This document shows positions 1 through 8,292 of a stretch of DNA of 64,000 nucleotides, piece by piece. The notes below the pieces were generated by a model. The model ran no database searches, had not been told where the DNA came from, and saw nothing but the letters and a program-made list of their open reading frames with translations. Origin of the DNA: Candidatus Saccharimonadales bacterium (lineage in GTDB: Bacteria > Patescibacteriota > Saccharimonadia > Saccharimonadales > EFPC-124); assembly GCA_050730875.1 (NCBI GenBank), contig JBOHNX010000002.1:92805-156804 (forward strand). The letters run 5' to 3'. How positions within the stretch are numbered: position 1 is the first letter of the stretch; each line of letters starts with the position of its first letter. The translations under genes were made by a program, and so were the position numbers.

Positions 1-68
1 TCCCCGGGTCTTTTTCGCCCTTTTTGTTTGCTTATTAGCTTAGCACCATTGGTGCACCAGCTTCAAGC

Positions 69-281
69 TTACGCTTTGTTTGCCTTTTTAAGGGTCAGGA
101 AGCCGTTGCGTGGGTTTTCTTGGACCACGTAGCCTTCTGGAAGCTCAGAAACTGCGTCAGCTGGGCGCTCGTCCTTTGCGAAGAAATAAATGCGTTGCTG
201 CTTGCCACCGCGAAGCGTCACGTCTTTAGAGTGCAGGTAGTAAGTTACCCCTTTAGAATTGGTGTGTGAGTAAGCTGCCAT
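69..281 (-). CDS. small conserved hypothetical protein (70 aa)
   Basis: Intact ORF. AAGGAGGAG Shine-Dalgarno about 10 nt upstream of the ATG at 281. No catalytic motif recognised. Confidence 0.6.
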   Translation of the reverse strand: MAAYSHTNSKGVTYYLHSKDVTLRGGKQQRIYFFAKDERPADAVSELPEGYVVQENPRNGFLTLKKANKA

Positions 282-358
282 TTGTAGAAACTCCTCCTTT
301 TAGTTGCTTACGTGACTTTACCATACGCCGACCCTTTAGGCTTTGTCAACAGGGATGA

Positions 359-988
359 CTACTGATGCCTCATTTTTAGCACAAATCTCAGTAACAGATA
401 GCCGACTATTCTTAGTACCATCAGAACCCCCACCACTAGTGTTACGAGAACCGAAATACCCGCCATATCTAGGCTCCAGCGTGGCGATGCAAAATTGTAC
501 CGAAAAAGTGCGGAATCTGGCGCCTGCAGACTAGCCAGTGGGTCCTGGCCGGGAGAAATTGTCCCGAGTTTATCCCGTGCGCACTGCGTATAAGCCGGGA
601 ACGACCCTGTCCGGCGGAAAACGGGTTGGCATTCGCGCTCTACCTGCTCGTACAGGTGACTGGTAGGGTTTGTGGCGCTGAGCGTCTCCTGCACCGCTAA
701 ATCGTACGCTCGTTGGTGGCTATGCTCTAAAAAGACACCATTGCCTAAATTTGTATTCATATGCGCCGAAACATAGCGCTGGAGCTCGGTTAGAGCCTCT
801 TTGACGTTGCTCTTTTCCTCGTCCGCCTTTTTAACCGCATTGCGGCGCTCTACCATGCCAAGGTTATTTTGGCGGAGCAAATAGGCTGAGAGCACGGCCA
901 AAAGGATAAAAAGCAAAATCAACTGCCACAATTTAATGTAGCGCAGAACTGTCAGCCAATGATGGAGTCGACGTTTATTGAGTGCCAC
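359..988 (-). CDS. hypothetical membrane protein (N- and C-terminal TM helices)
   Basis: 209-aa ORF. Hydrophobic stretches LWQLILLFILLAVLSAYLL and ISVLVTLVVGVLMVLRIVGYLLL. Confidence 0.5.
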   Translation of the reverse strand: MALNKRRLHHWLTVLRYIKLWQLILLFILLAVLSAYLLRQNNLGMVERRNAVKKADEEKSNVKEALTELQRYVSAHMNTNLGNGVFLEHSHQRAYDLAVQETLSATNPTSHLYEQVERECQPVFRRTGSFPAYTQCARDKLGTISPGQDPLASLQAPDSALFRYNFASPRWSLDMAGISVLVTLVVGVLMVLRIVGYLLLRFVLKMRHQ

Positions 989-1012
989 CTAAATCACCCT
1001 AATTTCTTACGC

Positions 1013-1630
1013 TTAGTATACCTTAAGTGCGCCCTGCCGCAGCACCTTGGGTTGCCCAGCTTCTACAGACACAAGGGTTGAAGGCTCGTTTTTGAGCTCG
1101 CCATAATCCACATAAAAGTCGACTGCATCGCCAAAGTAAGCCTTAGCTTGCTCAATGGTAGTTGCAGGCGGTTCGCCCTCTAAATTTGCGCTTGGAGCAA
1201 TGAGTGGGCCTGTTGCACTCAGCAGCTTACGAAGTTCACCGTTTTCTGGAACACGATACGCCAGTGAGCCGGTACCGCGATGTAGATAGGTCGGTGTTTC
1301 CGTAATCGGCGCAACCAAACTCAGTGGGCCCGGCCAATAGCGGGCAGCAAGATCATAATGGGCTCTCGTCCAGGCGGTCTTGTCAGGAATTTGTGTAAGA
1401 TCAGAGACCAGCACAATGCATGGTTTTTCGGGGGCACGGCCACGAACTTTATATACTCGTTCTACCGCCGTTTGATCGGCCGCTCGTGCAACAATTCCAT
1501 ACAAAGTGTCGGTTGGAATAACACCAATACCGCCCGTCTTGAGACTGGCAATTATCTCGGGTTCATCAAGCTTAGCAAACTTTCGCACAGCTGCTATACT
1601 ACCAGATAAGTACACTATGATGAACTCCAC
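1013..1630 (-). CDS. tsaC: L-threonylcarbamoyladenylate synthase (YrdC/TsaC family)
   Basis: 205 aa. GVIPTDTLYGIVARA and PLIAPSANLEGEPP motifs are typical of YrdC/Sua5-domain proteins. Confidence 0.8.
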   Translation of the reverse strand: MEFIIVYLSGSIAAVRKFAKLDEPEIIASLKTGGIGVIPTDTLYGIVARAADQTAVERVYKVRGRAPEKPCIVLVSDLTQIPDKTAWTRAHYDLAARYWPGPLSLVAPITETPTYLHRGTGSLAYRVPENGELRKLLSATGPLIAPSANLEGEPPATTIEQAKAYFGDAVDFYVDYGELKNEPSTLVSVEAGQPKVLRQGALKVY

Positions 1631-2465
1631 TCAAGCCTGGCTTAACGAAAACTGGTTCCCTATCCTTTTGATTATTATTGCGGCGCTTTTAGTACGGCGC
1701 TTTGGCGATATAGTAGTTGCTTCGCTTATCCGGCGTGCCGTGAGGCATCGGGTGCATGGTGACTATACCGACGAAGACGTTAAAAAACGCCAGAACACGC
1801 TTATTAGCATGTCTTCGACCGTGCTACGCATTATGGTGTGGTTAGTTGCTGGTTTTACTATTTTGCGCCGTTTCGGGATTGATCTCACCCCCTTGCTGGC
1901 CGGTGCCAGTGTGCTTGGTGTAGCAATTGGTTTTGGTGCGCAATCGCTTATTAAAGACTTTTTCTCCGGCCTGTTTATTATCCTCGAAAATCAGTACCGA
2001 GTTGGCGATGTGGTTGAGCTAGATGGCGCCAATGGCACCGTAGAGCAAATAACCGTGCGTTCCACTATTGTACGCGACAACGACGGCAGTGTGCACTACA
2101 TTCCCAACGGTACAATCATGCACGCCATTAACAAAACCATGGGGTATGCCAAGGTGAATCTAGCAATCGCCGTGACCGCTAAAACCGATATCGACAAGCT
2201 GGCCAAAGTCATCAACGAGATCGGCCAAAAAATGGCTGACGAAGAGAAGTGGAAAAAGAAAATTATCGACCCACCGCACTTCTTGAGCATTGGCACCTTT
2301 ACTGATACCGCGCTTGAGGTAAAAATCATCGGCAAAGTACAACCCGCTGCCCAGTGGAGCGTGCCCGGTGAGCTGCGCAAACGCTTGCTCGCTGCTGTTA
2401 AAAAACACGATATCGAACTCGCCAACATGCCCGCAACTGGGGCAGTCACTACTGGGAAGAAATAG
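1617..2465 (+). CDS. small-conductance mechanosensitive channel (MscS family)
   Basis: TM helices followed by FIILENQYRVGDVVELDGANGTVEQITVRSTIVRDNDGSVHYIPNG (MscS beta-domain signature). I prefer the ATG at 1617 over the ORF-track start at 1506, which overlaps tsaC. Confidence 0.8.
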   Translation: MMNSTQAWLNENWFPILLIIIAALLVRRFGDIVVASLIRRAVRHRVHGDYTDEDVKKRQNTLISMSSTVLRIMVWLVAGFTILRRFGIDLTPLLAGASVLGVAIGFGAQSLIKDFFSGLFIILENQYRVGDVVELDGANGTVEQITVRSTIVRDNDGSVHYIPNGTIMHAINKTMGYAKVNLAIAVTAKTDIDKLAKVINEIGQKMADEEKWKKKIIDPPHFLSIGTFTDTALEVKIIGKVQPAAQWSVPGELRKRLLAAVKKHDIELANMPATGAVTTGKK

Positions 2466-2469
2466 TAGC

Positions 2470-2871
2470 CTACTCTGCTGGCTGGGTTGGCGGTGTGTCC
2501 GTTAGCTGCAGACCTTCATCGCCAAGACTTGCATCTTTGAAGTTTCCGTAAGAGTTTAAGTCGTGTATACGACCGTCAAATTCGCGCAAGAACCCGTCAA
2601 TCGTCTCTTTCGTGACTGGGCTGGTCGTGTCATATTTCTTCTGAGCCTCCGGGCGAGTAACAGCATCGCGTTCCCGCTCGTACCCCGGCCGGCTCAAGTC
2701 GAAAATCGCAAACCCAGCCACGTAGTAAATAGTCGTGCTGATAATAGTCATGCCTACGGCGACAAACACAACCAAGCCAAGCGCAAATGGAAGTTTGTGC
2801 TGCTTTATAAACGCTTCCGTGCCTTCTGGCAGATGCAAAAACCGTATAGCTTTACGAAACACTCGCTTCAT
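2470..2871 (-). CDS. hypothetical single-pass membrane protein
   Basis: 133-aa ORF with one TM (LPFALGLVVFVAVGMTIISTTIYYVAGFAIF). Start overlaps the upstream gene's stop by 1 nt. Confidence 0.45.
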   Translation of the reverse strand: MKRVFRKAIRFLHLPEGTEAFIKQHKLPFALGLVVFVAVGMTIISTTIYYVAGFAIFDLSRPGYERERDAVTRPEAQKKYDTTSPVTKETIDGFLREFDGRIHDLNSYGNFKDASLGDEGLQLTDTPPTQPAE

Positions 2872-3413
2872 TACTCTTTCACCCGCGCCGCCGTTGCGTT
2901 TAGTTGTTCGATTTGTGTCCGTAAATCAGTCACGGCTTTACGGTATTCGATTGTCAGTTCCTCTGCCTTGGTGACTTCATTGCCAATCGCCTGGCGGGCC
3001 GAGCGCGTCTGATCTAGCAAAACACCAAAATCAGCCGGTTTCGCCTGACAGTCAGCTTGTATCAGCGCTGTTAGGGTCGCATCGTAATGCAAATAAGCAT
3101 TGCGGAATCGGTCTACTGTGGCTTTTAAATCAACCAACAGACGGTCGTGTCGATCGGCATTTATTTTGTTGTAATGAAGCCGGTCCGAAAAAGCCTCGAG
3201 CTGCGTAACGAGACTCTCGTACCCGCGACCACGGTTATTGCGCGATACCAAATCGCGGCGCTGCTGTTGCTGCAAAAGTCTTTTTAAATTAGTGCAATTG
3301 TCGTGGATTAACGCCGCTCTTTCGGGTGATGTAGCATTTTCGGCATTCACGGCCACTGGCACAAGTAGCAAAAATCCTAAGACGACTACAAAAGCACTTT
3401 TAATGTGGTTCAC
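2871..3413 (-). CDS. hypothetical secreted protein
   Basis: 180 aa. Signal-peptide-like N-terminus MNHIKSAFVVVLGFLLLVPVAVNAEN. The rest is helical and charged. Confidence 0.5.
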   Translation of the reverse strand: MNHIKSAFVVVLGFLLLVPVAVNAENATSPERAALIHDNCTNLKRLLQQQQRRDLVSRNNRGRGYESLVTQLEAFSDRLHYNKINADRHDRLLVDLKATVDRFRNAYLHYDATLTALIQADCQAKPADFGVLLDQTRSARQAIGNEVTKAEELTIEYRKAVTDLRTQIEQLNATAARVKE

Positions 3414-3427
3414 ACTTCTAGGCTAGG

Positions 3428-4249
3428 CTACGCTTGGTGGTCTGTCAAATAGAGACGCTTGTTTTTTCTTTGGATCATGCCTTCGTTTAGCAGTTCTTCC
3501 ACTACTTCCGGCAGACGCTTGTCTGTAATAACTTGTCGCAGCTGCGATTCGGGCATAGAGTCGTGTTGCGTCAGCGCCCGCAGCACTGCGCCTCGGACCT
3601 GGCGCCGTGAGCCTTCAAACTTGCTTTGACGGGTGTAATGACGAGAACGGCTAATATTGTTTTCTGTCTGTTTAAGGTACGTGCCGTAATCCATGAGTGC
3701 CCAGTACCATTCGCGCGGATGCTCGAGATCCAGGGTTTGTTCGATAAGTGTCGTAAGCTCTTTATCGTCAATTTTGTCACTATCCGCAAAAAAGTGATGG
3801 AAGAACACGGTGCGGATATTGGTCTCGATAAATACCACCGGTTCATTGTATGCGTAGGCTAAGATTGCTCCGGCGGTATTTTTGCCGACACCTGGCAAGG
3901 CGACTAGTTCCGGAATCGTAGATGGCAAAATGCCGCCAAGATCTTGTACAACCTTCACGGAGGCTTGATGCAAAAACTTCGCACGACGGTTATAGCCTAA
4001 GCCACTCCATACTCGAAGCACATCGCCTAACGGCGCTGCGGCGAGCAATTGGATCGTTGGGAAGTGGGCAATAAATTCATTAAACTTTGGCAAGACACGT
4101 TGCACTTGTGTCTGCTGCAACATGATTTCTGATACCAACACAAAGTACGGTGTCGGTTGTTCGCGCCATGGCATATCGCGCCGGTTGGCGTGGTAATGCG
4201 CCCAAACCGTATCTTGAAATTCTCTGATGACCTCTGGTTGTAATTGCAC
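3428..4249 (-). CDS. MutY/Nth-family HhH-GPD DNA glycosylase, cysteine-free variant
   Basis: RDMPWREQPTPYFVLVSEIMLQQTQVQRV, GLGYNRRAKFLH and LPGVGKNTAGAILAYAY match the MutY N-terminal and HhH motifs. There is no Cys anywhere, so no 4Fe-4S loop. Confidence 0.7.
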   Translation of the reverse strand: MQLQPEVIREFQDTVWAHYHANRRDMPWREQPTPYFVLVSEIMLQQTQVQRVLPKFNEFIAHFPTIQLLAAAPLGDVLRVWSGLGYNRRAKFLHQASVKVVQDLGGILPSTIPELVALPGVGKNTAGAILAYAYNEPVVFIETNIRTVFFHHFFADSDKIDDKELTTLIEQTLDLEHPREWYWALMDYGTYLKQTENNISRSRHYTRQSKFEGSRRQVRGAVLRALTQHDSMPESQLRQVITDKRLPEVVEELLNEGMIQRKNKRLYLTDHQA

Positions 4250-4253
4250 AAAT

Positions 4254-4547
4254 TCAGTCTAACAGCTTGTCTATTGCTTCGGCCAGCGCAACATCCCGGT
4301 GCGTCACGCCACCGGCACCCGGCGTCGTAAGCACCAACTGTAAGGTGTCACCAGCGACCAAGAGCGTCGGGTTGCTTTGGTAGTGCTCGATAAGTCTGGC
4401 TAGTTTACGCGCTAGCTCAAACCCTTCTGCAAATGACGTCGTTTGCCATACTCGCACCAAACCTTGGCCGGGAATAGCCGACCACGCCACATGGAGCATG
4501 TTTAGTGCTTGGTTGAGTTCTTCGTTGGTAAGTGCCTTTGGTTCCAT
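4254..4547 (-). CDS. pterin-4a-carbinolamine dehydratase (DCoH/PhhB)-like protein
   Basis: 97 aa. Overall pattern (LxxW..., FxxAxxLxxxIxxxxE-H..., GGVTHRDVALAEAID) resembles the PCD family, but the HHP triad reads HYQSNP. Confidence 0.45.
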   Translation of the reverse strand: MEPKALTNEELNQALNMLHVAWSAIPGQGLVRVWQTTSFAEGFELARKLARLIEHYQSNPTLLVAGDTLQLVLTTPGAGGVTHRDVALAEAIDKLLD

Positions 4548-4549
4548 GA

Positions 4550-6322
4550 CTAGTTAAATTGGAAAAATTCCGGTGTGCCACCCAGCGTCGTCGCTGTGAC
4601 ATCTGTTATTTTTTTCGGCTCGCCACCTTTCACCGATAGGGCAAAATCCGAAGCGCCATTAGCGGTAACGATCCGAAAGACGATGCTGTTACCGACCCAC
4701 CGAACCGGACCCTGCAATCCTGCCACGCCATACAATTGTTCTTCTTTGCCTGAGGCTACATTTTTGAGGATGATGGTATTTTTGTCTTCAATTTTGTCGA
4801 CTAGCAAGCGCCATTGGCCGTCCGCGCTGGTCGAAGCCAGGAACGTACGGTTCGCGCTAGCCGGAACCGACGTATTGATAACCTGAGTCGTATTAAGATT
4901 GTACTCGTGCCAGGCGTTGTCTTCAGTTTGGTACGCCACGCGGTCGTAATCGAGCTGCGTGACTTCCTGTATTTTGTTGCCGATGGTTTTTTCGGTGCCG
5001 CCTTTAACGCTGACTACCCGAAGCTGTGGACTGGTTTCTTGGCCAGGCTTGCCATGCAAAAAGCCAGGGCTGTATACAACTGAGCCCAAGCCAACAGTAG
5101 CTACATCGATGTAATCGGCAGTTGATAGATCGGTGCGTTTGTTTGCAGCAACATCAATACTCGCTAGTTGCTGGATTATTTCTGGCGCTTTTGCGTCGCG
5201 TTCGCCCTTCACGTAGACAAGCGTATCGCCAGACCAGTCGGCAAAATCAAACCAGTTAGCTTCATCCACGGTGGTTAGCTTTTTGGTCTCCAGATTAACT
5301 ATATACAACTTTTGTAGGAGTGTGTTGCGCGCATCACGCACACCTTCACGCGTCGAAGCAAGGACACCATACTTGCCACTGGGGCTCGCGGAAAACACCA
5401 GGTTTGGGGATTCTTTAGCGCTGCCAGCTACAACTTCCGCCGCATCACTGCCATCTAAATTGCTGCTGGAGACCCCGAATGTCCCTGTATGTTTGCTTAT
5501 GAAGTAGTGTTTGCCGGCGGGCACAAAAGCAACTTCTTGCAGTGTATCCGACTGTAGGTTTACTTCAAATTCTTTGTTGAGGTAGCCGCCAAGTTTTGCT
5601 GCAATTTTTATTGTTTTGGCATCGGTTGCCGGAATTTTCAGATTTACCACTCCCTGCTCATCCGACTTTACGACAATATCGCCCACGCTGAATTCGCCGT
5701 TTGTAATCGGCTCATCAGTAAGCCAATCTTTTACCTTAAAGGTAAGTGGCACGCCAACGCTTTTGAGTTTTACATCTTCTTTGTATTCGGTAACTTGTTT
5801 GGTCCCCAACAGGTTTAAGAATGGGTTAAAGTCGAGTGTTTTTTCGAACGTAGCCGTTTCGTAGCCCTGTTTTTCGGCGGTCACGTTCAAGATGCCATAC
5901 GGTTGTGTCAGTGTTATTGTTCCATTTTCGTCTGTCTGATGCGAGGCGCCGTTTATTTTAAGCGTCACATTTTTAAGCAGCGCGCTTGCCTGTCCTTCCT
6001 CGCCTTGTACCTGTGTCGTCAATGTGACTTTAGTCCGCGCACCAAAGAAGTTTACAATCGCCCAGCGGGTTGGGTCGATAAACCAAAGTGTAACTGCGGC
6101 TACCAGTACGATAAATACAAAATATGCCCAGAATTTTTTACTGATGAATATCCGTTTGAGCTTCGCGCCAAAACCCTCTTTAGTTTTCAGCTGGGTTGGT
6201 TCGGGATTGGTGGGAGTTTGTGGATCGTCGGTTTTGGGCAAGCTGTCGACAGCATCGTCGAGCTGACTTTCGACGGCCACAACTTCAGGACTCAGTTCGT
6301 CGTTTTCGAGTTTATTTTCCAT
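4550..6322 (-). CDS. membrane-anchored protein with Ig/carboxypeptidase-regulatory-like and TolB-like beta-propeller regions
   Basis: 590 aa. N-terminal acidic tail, one TM (FWAYFVFIVLVAAVTLWFI), then beta-rich repeats (GKYGVLAS..., LVYVKGE..., WRLLVDK...). Function not recognised. Confidence 0.5.
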   Translation of the reverse strand: MENKLENDELSPEVVAVESQLDDAVDSLPKTDDPQTPTNPEPTQLKTKEGFGAKLKRIFISKKFWAYFVFIVLVAAVTLWFIDPTRWAIVNFFGARTKVTLTTQVQGEEGQASALLKNVTLKINGASHQTDENGTITLTQPYGILNVTAEKQGYETATFEKTLDFNPFLNLLGTKQVTEYKEDVKLKSVGVPLTFKVKDWLTDEPITNGEFSVGDIVVKSDEQGVVNLKIPATDAKTIKIAAKLGGYLNKEFEVNLQSDTLQEVAFVPAGKHYFISKHTGTFGVSSSNLDGSDAAEVVAGSAKESPNLVFSASPSGKYGVLASTREGVRDARNTLLQKLYIVNLETKKLTTVDEANWFDFADWSGDTLVYVKGERDAKAPEIIQQLASIDVAANKRTDLSTADYIDVATVGLGSVVYSPGFLHGKPGQETSPQLRVVSVKGGTEKTIGNKIQEVTQLDYDRVAYQTEDNAWHEYNLNTTQVINTSVPASANRTFLASTSADGQWRLLVDKIEDKNTIILKNVASGKEEQLYGVAGLQGPVRWVGNSIVFRIVTANGASDFALSVKGGEPKKITDVTATTLGGTPEFFQFN

Positions 6323-6375
6323 GGTTAGAATGTGTTTATGTTTTTAACTTATACCCAGTATACAATAAGGATGAC

Positions 6376-7014
6376 ATGACCGCCTGGACATCGCAATTAA
6401 AACTGGCTGCTAACCACCTTTTGGCGAATGACGCTGTACTTGCACCGATAATCAAAGCGCACGGGCTCTGCACTATCGAGCCGCACAGCAATTACTATCA
6501 CGAACTGGTTGATTCTATTATTAGTCAGCAACTCAGCATTAAAGCCGCGGCAACTATTGCAGGGCGTTTTCGCGATTTATTTGGTGGTAAATTTCCCTCG
6601 CCAGAAGAGATCTTGACTAAAGATACTGAGGAACTTCGCACCGTTGGCCTTTCGCGCGCCAAAGCCACCTATGTGCGCGACCTTGCGCAGCACATCATTG
6701 ATGGTGAACTGGATATCGAGAATCTACCACATTTAAGTAACGAAGAAATTATCCGCGAGCTAACTGCAGTTAAAGGCATAGGCGAATGGACTGCCCATAT
6801 GTTTTTGATGTTTAGCCTGGGCCGATTGGATGTGCTAGCTGTTGGTGATTTAGGGATTCGCAACGGCGTGATGAGACTATACGGCTTACCAACTCTTCCC
6901 GATGCTAGTGGGGTGCGCGCCATCGCCCTGCAAAACAACTGGCACCCATACGAGACCATTGCCTGCTGGTACGTCTGGAAATCGCAGGACAACGCGCCGC
7001 TTAGCGCGGAGTAG
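6376..7014 (+). CDS. DNA-3-methyladenine glycosylase II-like (AlkA-type HhH-GPD)
   Basis: LTAVKGIGEWTAHMFLMFSLGRLDVLAVGDLGIRNGV is a HhH-GPD motif with an Asp. The ATG at 6376 removes an implausible 60-aa extension that overlaps the upstream gene. Confidence 0.7.
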   Translation: MTAWTSQLKLAANHLLANDAVLAPIIKAHGLCTIEPHSNYYHELVDSIISQQLSIKAAATIAGRFRDLFGGKFPSPEEILTKDTEELRTVGLSRAKATYVRDLAQHIIDGELDIENLPHLSNEEIIRELTAVKGIGEWTAHMFLMFSLGRLDVLAVGDLGIRNGVMRLYGLPTLPDASGVRAIALQNNWHPYETIACWYVWKSQDNAPLSAE

Positions 7015-7645
7015 CGCTGACGTAGTTAATTGGCGTGCCTTCCGCCATAAACCGACGTTCGTAGTAGGTGGTGATTTTGTACTCGTCTGGCAGGTCGCTT
7101 TCGTGGAGGTCAAAGTTGAGTTCTTTAATGTCCCAGTTTTGCGCGATTAGCTGCTCGAGACTCCACAGGAATAATTCGCGGTTGTCAGTTTTGAAGCGAA
7201 TTATGCCACCGTCATCTAGAATATTGCGATATTGTTGCAAAAAGCTTGGATGCGTCAGTCGGTGTTTCGCCTGCTTTTTGCGTGGGAACGGGTCTGGGAA
7301 AGTAATCCAAAGTTCTTTGATTGAGTGCCTCGCAAACAAATCTTCTATTTTGTCGAGCTGCGCGCGAACAAACGCAATATTTTTTATGTCTTTTTCCAGC
7401 GCACGTTTTGCGCCAGTGTAAAGCCGATCCGATTTTATATCGACCCCTACAAAGTGCCGGCGTGGATATTGCTTAGCCAGCTCAACGCTTAAATCAGCCG
7501 ACCCAGCGGCGATTTCTACCGTTAGTGGCTTCTTCCACTGCGCTGGATCCACCTCATCTTGCTGGAAACAATTCGGCCACTCGTCAAAATGGGCAAACTT
7601 CCATTTTTTACGCTTGCGAGTAATAAAAAGTTTATCGTTTTCCAT
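7001..7645 (-). CDS. trmB: tRNA (guanine46-N7)-methyltransferase
   Basis: 214 aa. VEIAAGSADLSVELAKQYPRRHFVGVDI ... WITFPDPFPRKKQAKHRL is typical of TrmB. Confidence 0.85.
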   Translation of the reverse strand: MENDKLFITRKRKKWKFAHFDEWPNCFQQDEVDPAQWKKPLTVEIAAGSADLSVELAKQYPRRHFVGVDIKSDRLYTGAKRALEKDIKNIAFVRAQLDKIEDLFARHSIKELWITFPDPFPRKKQAKHRLTHPSFLQQYRNILDDGGIIRFKTDNRELFLWSLEQLIAQNWDIKELNFDLHESDLPDEYKITTYYERRFMAEGTPINYVSATPR

Positions 7646-7649
7646 GCAT

Positions 7650-7808
7650 AGCCAGCGTAATACAAAACCCGTCTCATAGCCAGATGATCTGAGCGAGTCA
7701 GAACCTTTCAGACTGAGTGAGGCATAACCGTCGTTACGTTGAACGAAGGCTGGAAGTTTCTGGCCGGTCAGGCGCTGGGTAGGAGGCGGGTTTTGTGTTG
7801 CGGTGGCT
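7650..7808 (+). ncRNA. candidate rod-shaped structured ncRNA (6S-like architecture; class unassigned)
   Basis: 7650-7683 pairs with 7775-7808 (34 positions: 28 Watson-Crick, 3 G-U, 3 mismatches). Pairing continues inward (7688-7692/7768-7772, 7697-7711/7750-7764) to an apical hairpin 7728-7735/7742-7749. The G-U pairs would be A-C mismatches on the minus strand. Confidence 0.45.
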
Positions 7809-8274
7809 ATCTAAATTTAGTGAACCAAAAAACACCGTAAGCCACAAACCCGCCCACGGTATTTGCGAGCAGGTCCCACCATTCATCCCCTTCTTCAATC
7901 GGCGAGATGCCAGTTTTATCTAGAAAGAGCTCAAACAATTCGTTCAGTACACCAAGGCCGCTGACAAAAAAATACAGCGCGAGCACCTGCAGCCACCAGG
8001 TTGCGAATTTTATTTGATACACGCGAGTGACGTACAAAAATAAAATTGTAGCCACAACGCCGCCCGTAAAATGCATGGTAGTTGTGTCAGTCTCCGGCGA
8101 AATCGGTACATTTGGCAGCGTCATCGCCAGCACCCACGCAATCGCCGCCGCCCACAAGTAGCCAGCATGCTGCATGTACGGCAACTGCCTAGTTTTGTCG
8201 GTCGCAAAAACATAGCGCACCAAAACCCATGGCATAAAAAGCAGGGCGAGTGGAATAAGCACGGTATAGATCAT
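7807..8274 (-). CDS. polytopic membrane protein, possibly VanZ-like
   Basis: 155 aa with 4-5 TM helices. The C-terminal WWDLLANTVGGFVAYGVFW resembles the VanZ family. Weak call. Confidence 0.35.
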   Translation of the reverse strand: MIYTVLIPLALLFMPWVLVRYVFATDKTRQLPYMQHAGYLWAAAIAWVLAMTLPNVPISPETDTTTMHFTGGVVATILFLYVTRVYQIKFATWWLQVLALYFFVSGLGVLNELFELFLDKTGISPIEEGDEWWDLLANTVGGFVAYGVFWFTKFR

Positions 8275-8292
8275 GGCTTTAAGTATACCTGT

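Noticed and set aside
1506-1616. N-terminal extensions given by the ORF track (1506 for MscS, 6196 for AlkA-like, 12654 for CorA, 12607 for Kef, 31935, 33128, 52682, 54465, 57059, 62311).
   Set aside because: The extensions overlap neighbouring genes or lack family-typical sequence. Internal ATGs with SD-like sequences give N-termini matching the expected signal peptides or family starts.
7650-7808. SRP (4.5S) RNA interpretation of the rod-like element.
   Set aside because: There is no GNAR tetraloop. No conserved helix-8 motifs (GGUCAGG...GGAA...AGCAGCC) sit at the apex. The apical loop is ACGUUG.
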